NCBI GenBank assembly: GCA_041586955.1
Contig: JBFGZE010000035.1
Span: 1-29,278 of the forward strand
DNA: 29,278 nucleotides
Origin: Bacteriovoracaceae bacterium
Lineage (GTDB): Bacteria > Bdellovibrionota > Bacteriovoracia > Bacteriovoracales > Bacteriovoracaceae
Direction: 5' to 3'
Part shown: positions 18,663 to 26,410 of the stretch, piece after piece
Layout: every line of letters begins with the position of its first letter
Position numbering within the stretch: position 1 is the stretch's first letter
Notes under the pieces: generated by a model
The model's input: the letters and a program-made list of their open reading frames with translations, nothing else
Database searches by the model: none
What the model was told of the DNA's origin: nothing
Made by a program: the position numbers and the translations under genes

Positions 18663-19217
18663 ATGAGTCAATTTAATCCCCTCTTTAAAAAAGAGAGTAA
18701 GAAAAAGGATAAAAGACCCAAAGTCGATTTCAAGGCGAAATGCCTTGAGGTTTTAGCGCAAATTGAAGAACTTTCTCCCGAGCGTTATCAAGACCTCATG
18801 CGCTTATTTAAAAGTCAGTATGATAAAGTGAATATTCAAAAAAAGAAAATAATGGGATTTTACGCACTTTTGATGAGTGAGTGGAAAACTCTGCGCCAAG
18901 AAGTAGACATGGGTATTGATAAAGCGCAAGAGGTTATTAAAACCACCAAAAAAGCCGCCAAAAAAATTATAAAAAACCCCTCCATGAAAGAAGTCTCGAA
19001 GGCCGTTAACAAAATCAGTGAAGCAACAACTAAAAAGAAAGTGGCCAAAAAGACCGCTAAAAAAGCGGCAAAGAAAACGGCAAAGAAAGCAGCAAAAAAG
19101 GTTGCCAAAAAAGTAACAAAAAAGAAGACCCCTGCTAAAACAACGAAAAAAACGGCGAAAAAAGTCGCAAAAAAGACCGCCAAAAAGGTGACAAAAAAGA
19201 CCACTAAAAAAGCTTAA
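18663..19217 (+). CDS. Histone H1-like Lys/Ala/Thr-rich protein
   Basis: C-terminal half is a run of KKxAK/KKxTK-type units; AAGGAG SD favours ATG 18663 over TTG 18642; TATAAT at 18624-18629. Confidence 0.8.
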   Translation: MSQFNPLFKKESKKKDKRPKVDFKAKCLEVLAQIEELSPERYQDLMRLFKSQYDKVNIQKKKIMGFYALLMSEWKTLRQEVDMGIDKAQEVIKTTKKAAKKIIKNPSMKEVSKAVNKISEATTKKKVAKKTAKKAAKKTAKKAAKKVAKKVTKKKTPAKTTKKTAKKVAKKTAKKVTKKTTKKA

Positions 19218-19225
19218 TTTTCATC

Positions 19226-19261
19226 AAGGGTGTGGCCCTAGGTAATTTTGGCCATGCCCTT
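19226..19261 (+). terminator. Stem-loop downstream of the H1-like gene (possible terminator or 3' stabiliser)
   Basis: AAGGGTGTGGCC / GGCCATGCCCTT 12-bp stem whose two non-Watson-Crick pairs are G-U only on the + strand; imperfect U-tract (TTCAATTTT). Confidence 0.55.
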
Positions 19262-19385
19262 CAATTTTCCAACGAATCATCACCAAATTTCCCTCTGTAC
19301 CGATAAGTCTTTACGACTGAGAGGGGAAGTTCATGGTGGTAATCAAGTTTACTCATAAAATAATTGATAAAGCAGGGCAGTTTAA

Positions 19386-20528
19386 GTGAGGCCCATTATA
19401 CTAAGTCTTTTCTTTTTCTCGCACTTCTCCTGCTCACATCAACCAGGTCGTGCTATTGCCACTAAAAAAATGGGAACTCCTCCCTGCCATGATTTAATGG
19501 GTTCTCTGATCGGAGGTATTAGTGCTATGCCGCCACTCGGGAAAAAAATTGGTGACGATCAGACCTCTAATATTTTTCTTCATGCAAAGAATCCAGAATT
19601 CCTCGTCAAAGTACGAAAAAACAAGAATGGTAGTGTGGCCAATAATAACGAGCTCATATTGGAACAAAAAAGCTTACAGGAGCTAGAGACCTTGGGCTTC
19701 CCGGTGCCTAAAGTTATTGGCGGCAATGCTGATTTTCTTATTAAGGAAAACATTTCCGGAACAGGCCTTGATCATTTGGCGGTCAAGAAAGATGCTCCTT
19801 GGCAAGCGGCCCAATTGATGGCGAACCTTCTCTACAAAATGGATCAATTAGAAAGCTTTCCCACTAATCTTCGCTTAAATAATTTTGTTTTTGATCGGAA
19901 AAATGGCCGATTAGTGTTGATTGCGCCTGGAACTATGCTTAGGAGAACCAAGGATAGAGAGGCCTTTTATCATTTTATCAACCATATCAAAGATAAAAAT
20001 GTCCCCCATTTTAGGGCCCAAATAAGCTTTTTCTATTATGGCCTATCTAATGGTGGGCCCTTAACGAAACGCTCTCCACTAGAAGGCCTATTGGCCGAAA
20101 CGATAGTATCCCTGAACAACTTACAACGCTGGGGTATCACTGATAAAATTAATGATAAGCAGCTAAAGGTATTGCTCCAATTACTATGCCCTTCTTGGCA
20201 AAGAGATGATCGACTCGGGCATTTTACAAAGACTTTCCATGAGGTTCTAGAGTTGGCGGTTCCCCAGTTTAAAGACATAGTGTTTCGCAAGGGTTTAACT
20301 CGTGCCCCCGCTCATCAAATGGACTCTCTCCTGAGTATGGCGCCAGAGAGCAGTCTTTCAGAGCAAGCACAAAAGGAATGGCTAGAGTTACTCCTGCGTC
20401 TAGGACCTTATGTCCATACCCATAATGATCGCTATTGGCAGGAATTAAAACGTATTAATCTATTCTCAGGAACTGATTGGTCAGTATTAAAAAAACAATA
20501 CCAAGAAATACTTAAGGCCAAGAAATAA
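19386..20528 (+). CDS. Putative lipoprotein with a degenerate protein-kinase-like domain
   Basis: MRPIILSLFFFSHFS-C lipoprotein-like leader; LGKKIGDDQTSNIF, FLVKV, EQKSLQEL...PVPKV, LIKENISG, TNLRLNNFVF, LVLIAPG follow kinase subdomain order. Confidence 0.65.
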   Translation: MRPIILSLFFFSHFSCSHQPGRAIATKKMGTPPCHDLMGSLIGGISAMPPLGKKIGDDQTSNIFLHAKNPEFLVKVRKNKNGSVANNNELILEQKSLQELETLGFPVPKVIGGNADFLIKENISGTGLDHLAVKKDAPWQAAQLMANLLYKMDQLESFPTNLRLNNFVFDRKNGRLVLIAPGTMLRRTKDREAFYHFINHIKDKNVPHFRAQISFFYYGLSNGGPLTKRSPLEGLLAETIVSLNNLQRWGITDKINDKQLKVLLQLLCPSWQRDDRLGHFTKTFHEVLELAVPQFKDIVFRKGLTRAPAHQMDSLLSMAPESSLSEQAQKEWLELLLRLGPYVHTHNDRYWQELKRINLFSGTDWSVLKKQYQEILKAKK

Positions 20529-20702
20529 TCCTGCTCTTAACTCTACCATTGTCATCTAAGACCCCTAATTAATTCAAACTGCCGATTGTTTATATTGTTG
20601 ACAGCGATTGTAATTATGAAGGCCCACCCTTTATAAAAAAGTACATTCTGGTACAAAAAACAATATAAACCATTTAGTCACCAATAAACGCGAGGTCCTA
20701 CT

Positions 20703-21176
20703 ATGAAGTCATTCCTAATTATAACATTCACTTTACTGTCTACTTTCTCATCTGCTGCGGAATTTAAAAAGTGCCAGAGAAATTGGAACAAGGCCATTCG
20801 TCTATTGGAAAGTGAGAGTGAAAGTATAGAATACGCATGGGAGATTATTAACACGAATAGAGAGAAATCGTGTCAAAGTTTTAGAGATGGTGTGCATTAT
20901 TTAAACCCGGATAAGTTATGGAAAAAATTAAAAGGATGTGAAGACGTCGGCTCCAATATAGATATTGTAGACATAAACAATCTTATAGATACTTTTGATT
21001 ATTCCCATAGAGATGCATCTTGTGGTGCCCAATTATGTGACTTTTTTGATGTTAGTCACTCAGAACCCGCTACAGCGATAAAGGCCTTGAATGGCGTCAT
21101 TTACTCCCTTGATTGCCAAAAAGAGATTGGGATTATTAATTGGGCCATCGGAATGAAAAAGAAATATGAGGACTAG
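20703..21176 (+). CDS. Hypothetical secreted Cys-containing protein
   Basis: GAGG SD, signal peptide ending SSA/A, six Cys in a predicted helical mature part. Confidence 0.7.
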   Translation: MKSFLIITFTLLSTFSSAAEFKKCQRNWNKAIRLLESESESIEYAWEIINTNREKSCQSFRDGVHYLNPDKLWKKLKGCEDVGSNIDIVDINNLIDTFDYSHRDASCGAQLCDFFDVSHSEPATAIKALNGVIYSLDCQKEIGIINWAIGMKKKYED

Positions 21177-21187
21177 TTATGATAAAT

Positions 21188-21271
21188 AGAGTTTAAGTCG
21201 CCATTAGGCACATTTTTCCCTTTCCCAATTCGGGATAGTAATTGGATGGGCATTTTTGCGACTTAAACTCT
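21188..21271. repeat. 84-nt intergenic element bounded by a perfect 14-bp inverted repeat
   Basis: AGAGTTTAAGTCGC (21188-21201) / GCGACTTAAACTCT (21258-21271), with an inner CCAATT/AATTGG stem. Confidence 0.7.
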
Positions 21272-21354
21272 TGCTACACTAAAACGATGTAAATTTGTAC
21301 TCCTTGTAAGCGTTATAGTCGTCATTTACAATTAGGAATAAAAGAGGAGATCAA

Positions 21355-22308
21355 ATGGAATTGCTTAAAAAAGAAGAGGATTGTGAAACTTTCGATACAA
21401 ATGTTTACCTTCTGAAAAATTGCCCTCTTTGTAACTCCTCTAATTGTAAACCTATCAAAAATGAGCAAAATATTTTTCCCCGTGAAGTTCACCCCGAAGT
21501 TTTTACTTTTTCAGGTACCTGGTCTCAACTTTTAAAATGTAATGATTGTTCTTTTGCTTTTACTAAGGAAATTCCTTCGTCCCCAACTTTTTTTGATAAT
21601 AGATATGATAATGGTTGGTTTAACCCAGAAGAGGAAGTAAAGGCCTTCAGGAAAAGTATTATTGTGGAAAACGTTTTAAACACTTTATTAAAATACAGGC
21701 CAAACAAGGGATTATTACTAGATGTCGGTAGCTTCGCAGGGAAATTACTTTTTTTTGCAGACAAAAAAGGATTTACTCCAGAAGGTGTCGAAGTAAACCC
21801 TAAGCTGGCCAAATACTCTAAAGAAAAACTGGGATATGAAGTATGGTGCTGTAAAATGCAAAATACCACAATTCCTTCTAATCGATACGATTGTATCACT
21901 ATTATCGATGTACTCGAGCATCTTGTTGATCCCATCGAAGTGCTAAAAACGCTACACAGAGTTTTAAAAAAAGATGGTATTCTTTACATCAAAGTCCCTA
22001 ATGCCCCAATGCAAATCCTTAAACAAAATATTGCCAATCGTATAGGATTAAGCAAGGTTGGTGTCTTTGGAGGTTTCGGCCATATTAATCACTTTAGTGT
22101 TAAATCACTTAATATGGTGTCGCATTCATTGGGCTTTGAAGTATGTGAAGTACAAATGGCAGAATCAGAATACTGGCATGATTATCACAGACTATATTTA
22201 GTAAAAAACTTCATTAGAAAATGTTATTTCAAATTTTCTAATTTTTTCTATAAAGTGACAGGAATCCCAATTGGCCTTAATTTAAATATTATTCTCAAAA
22301 AGCTATAA
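21355..22308 (+). CDS. Class I SAM-dependent methyltransferase with N-terminal Zn-binding motif
   Basis: CPLC...CNDC, LLDVGSFAG, GVEVN, IDVLEHLVDP, LYIKVPN, HINHFS; GAGGAG SD. Architecture typical of glycan-associated methyltransferases. Confidence 0.9.
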   Translation: MELLKKEEDCETFDTNVYLLKNCPLCNSSNCKPIKNEQNIFPREVHPEVFTFSGTWSQLLKCNDCSFAFTKEIPSSPTFFDNRYDNGWFNPEEEVKAFRKSIIVENVLNTLLKYRPNKGLLLDVGSFAGKLLFFADKKGFTPEGVEVNPKLAKYSKEKLGYEVWCCKMQNTTIPSNRYDCITIIDVLEHLVDPIEVLKTLHRVLKKDGILYIKVPNAPMQILKQNIANRIGLSKVGVFGGFGHINHFSVKSLNMVSHSLGFEVCEVQMAESEYWHDYHRLYLVKNFIRKCYFKFSNFFYKVTGIPIGLNLNIILKKL

Positions 22309-22414
22309 ATTTTACGGCAAAATAACTAACCTGTCTCTTGCCACAGATTTTTTTTGAAATTTGTACAGGCATTCATTTTTCAAGAGTATTATCACTTATT
22401 ACAAATTTTAAACT

Positions 22415-22918
22415 TTATTTTTTCTTTGGAAATTTATAATCACCTGGATTAATGGCCTTCAATATTTCTTTAAATACTTTTTCAAAAATGGAATTCTCAT
22501 TGCTCATTTGATAGACATTATCTTCGTGATAAGAGGCCAATTCCATTGATTGAACTTGCTGAGAAATATCCTCAAGATTTATTTTAGACATCACAAGATC
22601 ACTTATTTTTTTATACATATCTTTTTCTTGAGCACTAAAATCACTATCTAAGTGCCCTACAACTCTAATTTGATGGACTAAAAAGGCCAGATCAGACCTG
22701 TCAGTGATTTTTGGAATGATGGTTGCAAAATCAACTCCACCTTTGTTTAGATCATCTTCTAAGATGGTCATTTGATCTTCTGAAAGTTTAAATAATCGGG
22801 AAATATGCTCTATTCGCTTCTTGCCCCAGTTTTTTTCTTCCTCAGTTAAAACGCCATCTAAATGAACAACGGCCAACGTTGCTCTCCACATATTAAACTT
22901 ACTCTCACTAATATTCAT
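22415..22918 (-). CDS. TerB/DUF533-like protein
   Basis: Duplicated HLDGVLTEEEK / HLDSDFSAQEK (DGxxxxxE-type) motifs; GGAG 6 nt before the ATG at 22918 favours this start over 22999. Confidence 0.7.
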   Translation of the reverse strand: MNISESKFNMWRATLAVVHLDGVLTEEEKNWGKKRIEHISRLFKLSEDQMTILEDDLNKGGVDFATIIPKITDRSDLAFLVHQIRVVGHLDSDFSAQEKDMYKKISDLVMSKINLEDISQQVQSMELASYHEDNVYQMSNENSIFEKVFKEILKAINPGDYKFPKKK

Positions 22919-23259
22919 AACTATCTCCATATCTATTTTAAAATATAAACAAAATTTTACCTGATTTATATAGAGAAAGAAGGTAACGACACAGCGCACC
23001 TTTATTCAAAAACATTGAACTAGCTGAGCATAACTTCTTTTCTAAGAATAAAATTCCCATTTATAAATCAAATTAAGTATTTTAAAATTAGGCGTAAAAA
23101 ATCGATAATTGGGCACGGAGATACAATTTAAAAAAGCTTACTTAACTACGCGACCAAAACCTCCATTGGCCTTAGGATAATGTCGAAGTGTGCGTTTAAG
23201 TGTACTCCCATAACAAAATATAATTTTGATATATAAAAGTTATTAAGATTAAAAAATTA

Positions 23260-23946
23260 TTACTTTATGGTCACAAATTTGTCGGTAGCAAAACGCCAGG
23301 AAAGATAAACTTCAAAAGTTTCTGTTTTAAGGGCACTTCTTGGTTGGAAATTTGTCGTTTTATTATTGGTCGTTTCTGGTTCATATTTTTTTCGAAACCT
23401 ATTCAAATGACCTCGATGATAACCGACACCAATATTAAGGCCACCCGCCAAATTATAAGCAAGAGTGTACTTATACCCCTCTCCCAGGTAGTTATAGGTT
23501 AAATCGTGTTCAACATCGGTTTCAGTAGCATTCACTCTTTTTTTATAATTCAGCTTTTCATCAAAAAAATAGGTGCCATACAGTTGCAATCGTCCCAACA
23601 TGAGCCCCAATGTTCCACCGATAGCATCATAACTCGTCTTGGCCAGTGGATGATTATCACGATTAACAGTATCTGGCGAAAGAGTGGTTTTCATATTACT
23701 CACACCAAACATTCCCTCTGCACCGATGAACAAAATCCCAAACACTCCACCTATTCGTGCACCGGCCCCAGAAACTCTAAGGGATCCTGAATCATTGGCA
23801 CTATCAATAGTGTAATCACCATCCTGATGAAAAATATATGGTTCTAAAGTGGCCGCTTTTTGAATTGCCCATCCTGTTCTACTAAAAAACAAGGCCAGAA
23901 AGAGGAAAAAGAAAGTTAGAAATGGTTGTTTGATTTTCTTATTCAT
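23260..23946 (-). CDS. Putative small outer-membrane beta-barrel protein
   Basis: Signal peptide (…RTGWA); Gly/aromatic strands GAGARIGG, FIGAE, LYGTYFF, GEGYKYTLAY, VYLSWRF. Confidence 0.65.
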   Translation of the reverse strand: MNKKIKQPFLTFFFLFLALFFSRTGWAIQKAATLEPYIFHQDGDYTIDSANDSGSLRVSGAGARIGGVFGILFIGAEGMFGVSNMKTTLSPDTVNRDNHPLAKTSYDAIGGTLGLMLGRLQLYGTYFFDEKLNYKKRVNATETDVEHDLTYNYLGEGYKYTLAYNLAGGLNIGVGYHRGHLNRFRKKYEPETTNNKTTNFQPRSALKTETFEVYLSWRFATDKFVTIK

Positions 23947-24173
23947 ATTAATTGAAATGATAGCATATAGGAGAAAATAGATGCTACTGAGAACTTTATA
24001 CCCAATAAGCTTTAAAAGTTAATTCTAACTCCCTGGAGGAGCGTTAATTCAGTCAAATACAGGTGACTAGGACATAAGGAAGGGTCATACTTTTTGGACT
24101 GATATGTTCTTCAGCAATTGAATTAAAAGATCGGCGCTATCCCCTTTGTGGAGTGATAAAAAGGGTAAATCCT

Positions 24174-24965
24174 TTAATTTTTATTAGGCCTTTGGCAAAA
24201 CTTCACGAGAGTATCTGGGGACTGATAAGCTTCAGTCTCGAAATTATAGACCCATGAGTTTTTCCATTTAAAACAATGAATGGCCTTACCTATATTTGTT
24301 CCTTGTGGTGTGCTGAGGATAGGAACTTCATCGATCTTATAGAGGCAAGTTTTAAAAAACATATTAGCATTAATATAACGCCCGTATGATCTTTGACCTC
24401 CTCCAGTTGGCATATCGTAGGACCAAATTTCTAACGAGTCAGGTGCGTCAGTCAAATATATCCAGAGTGGGTCTACGACATCAAGCTCAGGGCGAAGAGC
24501 GAGGTAAGCACCATTTCTCTCTATGGGTAGAGAGGGATCTGACCAATAAAGTGGATCTTGGTCGACGGAATCGATAACCCACTCGGGATGGTTAAAGTGT
24601 ACACTTTTTCCGAAAAATTGACGGCCAATATTATAACTAATTTGAATACTACCATCTTTTTGTTTTTGCGATTGGTAGACACAACCTTTAATCCATTGAA
24701 CAATTCCATATTGAGTGTTGAACTTAGGATCAGAGAATTCAATTCGATTCATATGAACGGTACGAAAACTGGGAAATTCTAAAAAATCAAATGAGTAACG
24801 CTTATCGGTCGCCTCGACAGAAAACTTGGTCCACTCACAATTACCAGATAAACAGGCCGGGTTTTCAATGCTCTCCTTCTTATGTGCTAATACCGTGGCC
24901 TGATAAGATTGGGCATTAAGGTTATGGGCCGTGGCGATGAGCCAAAGGGATAAAAACAATTTCAT
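24174..24965 (-). CDS. Hypothetical secreted protein
   Basis: GAGG SD, signal peptide ending LNA, six Cys, motif-like VQWIKGC and WVIDSVDQDPLY segments; family not recognised. Confidence 0.75.
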   Translation of the reverse strand: MKLFLSLWLIATAHNLNAQSYQATVLAHKKESIENPACLSGNCEWTKFSVEATDKRYSFDFLEFPSFRTVHMNRIEFSDPKFNTQYGIVQWIKGCVYQSQKQKDGSIQISYNIGRQFFGKSVHFNHPEWVIDSVDQDPLYWSDPSLPIERNGAYLALRPELDVVDPLWIYLTDAPDSLEIWSYDMPTGGGQRSYGRYINANMFFKTCLYKIDEVPILSTPQGTNIGKAIHCFKWKNSWVYNFETEAYQSPDTLVKFCQRPNKN

Positions 24966-25218
24966 GGGACCTCTCTATTAGATCCCCCACTTTAAGGGAA
25001 TTGTGACGTTCTTGGAAGCATTGAGTAAAAAGGAGTGGATCGTCCCCTAAGTTATTGAAACTAATTTAAATGGCCCTACTATAGGAAACGAAACCTGGAT
25101 CAAATACCATCAAAATTGCCAAAAAAGGGTCATCCCCTACCTCCAAAATAGAAAATAGCGATGACTCAAGAAGGTTGACTCTCTGATAGGTTTTCTAACT
25201 TGTCCCTAAATGCAGCGA

Positions 25219-26223
25219 TTAAAGAGAGTATGACTTTCCAAATACTGGTACTAAAAAGCTTAAATCTTTCCCCTTTAGCACCTTTTTCAAATCTTTAACC
25301 GGCCGGTCTCGACCCTCATCTGTCAGCTGAAAAGTTCCAAAATGAATACCTACACTATGCTTACTTTCGATATCGACATGTACTTGGACGGCCTCATCCG
25401 GATTTAGATGAGATGACCTCATGAACCATCGAGGTTCATAGGAACCTATCGGTAAAAAACTTAAGATAATCTTTGGAAACCTCTTTTTGAATTCCTTAAA
25501 GAACTTACCGTAACCCGTGTCTCCAGCGAAATAAACCTGCCCTTTCCTAGACTCGATGACATAACCACCCCACAAAGTTTCAAATTTATCAAAAAGACCT
25601 CTCGCCGACCAATGCTGGGCAGGCATAAATGTAATATTTAAATCCTTATATTCAAGTTTTTGATACCAGTCCATTTCTACGAAATTCTTTATCCCTTCCC
25701 TCTTTAGGAGTTCACCATTATTTAGGCCAACGATAATTTTTGGTAAATATCGATCACTAAGCCTTTTTAGCGTGGGGAGATCAAGATGATCATAGTGATT
25801 ATGAGAAATTAAGACCAAGTCTATGGGTGGTAAATCTTCAAATCTAATCGTTGGACTGTGAACTCTCTTGGGTCCCAAAAAAGACACGGGAGAGGTGCGC
25901 TCAGACCAGATCGGATCAGTTAAAATATTTACCCCATCGACTTGGAGCAAAACCGTCGCGTGATTTATGACGGTGTATATAATTTCACCTTTGAATGTAC
26001 GTTCCTTAGGTTTTTTCCCTAAAGGAAGTTCAATCCACTCGGGCCAATCTTGACGATTATTCTTAAAAAATTTCCACTTTAAAAGTGTGAAAAAAGACTT
26101 TGAAGGAAAAGGCTCCAAGTTTTCGAACTTTTGACCATCAAAAGGGGCCTTGTAGGGGTTCTTAAAATCTTGTGATGAACAACCCGCAGCAATAAAAATT
26201 AGTAAAACAAGATATTTAGTCAT
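25219..26223 (-). CDS. MBL-fold metallo-hydrolase lipoprotein (NAPE-PLD/RomA-like)
   Basis: AAG-C lipobox, NHATVL, LTDPIWS, ISHNHYDHLD, PAQHWSAR, FAGDTGY, PIGSYEPRWFM, IHFGTF. Confidence 0.93.
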   Translation of the reverse strand: MTKYLVLLIFIAAGCSSQDFKNPYKAPFDGQKFENLEPFPSKSFFTLLKWKFFKNNRQDWPEWIELPLGKKPKERTFKGEIIYTVINHATVLLQVDGVNILTDPIWSERTSPVSFLGPKRVHSPTIRFEDLPPIDLVLISHNHYDHLDLPTLKRLSDRYLPKIIVGLNNGELLKREGIKNFVEMDWYQKLEYKDLNITFMPAQHWSARGLFDKFETLWGGYVIESRKGQVYFAGDTGYGKFFKEFKKRFPKIILSFLPIGSYEPRWFMRSSHLNPDEAVQVHVDIESKHSVGIHFGTFQLTDEGRDRPVKDLKKVLKGKDLSFLVPVFGKSYSL

Positions 26224-26300
26224 AGAAAGCACTATAACAAACTACAAGAAAAAATTCTTTATGATATTAAGAATTGACTAACTTTTAATAAAAGGGCCAG

Positions 26301-26353
26301 TACTCTCGTGAGAAAGGACCTTTCTATTAAAAAGGTTCTTTCTCACGAGAGTA
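26301..26353. repeat. 23-bp inverted repeat with 7-nt loop
   Basis: TACTCTCGTGAGAAAGGACCTTT (26301-26323) / AAAGGTTCTTTCTCACGAGAGTA (26331-26353): 22 of 23 pairs Watson-Crick, one G-T. Confidence 0.9.
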
Positions 26354-26371
26354 GACGCCAATTACCTCATA

Positions 26372-26407
26372 TAAAAAAGACTATCGTAAAACGAATAGTC
26401 TTTTTTA
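26372..26407 (-). terminator. Intrinsic, probably bidirectional, terminator of the large gene
   Basis: TAAAAAAGACTAT-CGT-AAA-ACG-A-ATAGTCTTTTTTA, 3 nt past the stop at 26411, with A6/T6 runs on both sides. Confidence 0.8.
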
Positions 26408-26410
26408 AGT

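Noticed and set aside
18860..19204. Hydrophobic 114-aa antisense ORF (also 8375-8680 and 11561-11887)
   Set aside because: Shadow frames of Lys/Arg-rich low-complexity coding sequence (AAA read as TTT).
19280..19306. Sigma28-like promoter TCAC-N15-ACCGATAA upstream of the pseudokinase
   Set aside because: The -35 match is poor; not supportable without TSS data.
23140..23201. attC-like site (ACTTAAAC...GTTAAGT on the minus strand) among orphan genes
   Set aside because: R'' box is imperfect, L-box spacing is wrong, no similar sites follow neighbouring genes, and there is no integron integrase.
24203..24213. 11-bp match (TCACGAGAGTA) to the arm of the 26301-26353 palindrome
   Set aside because: Lies inside a coding region, has no partner arm, and is short enough to be chance.
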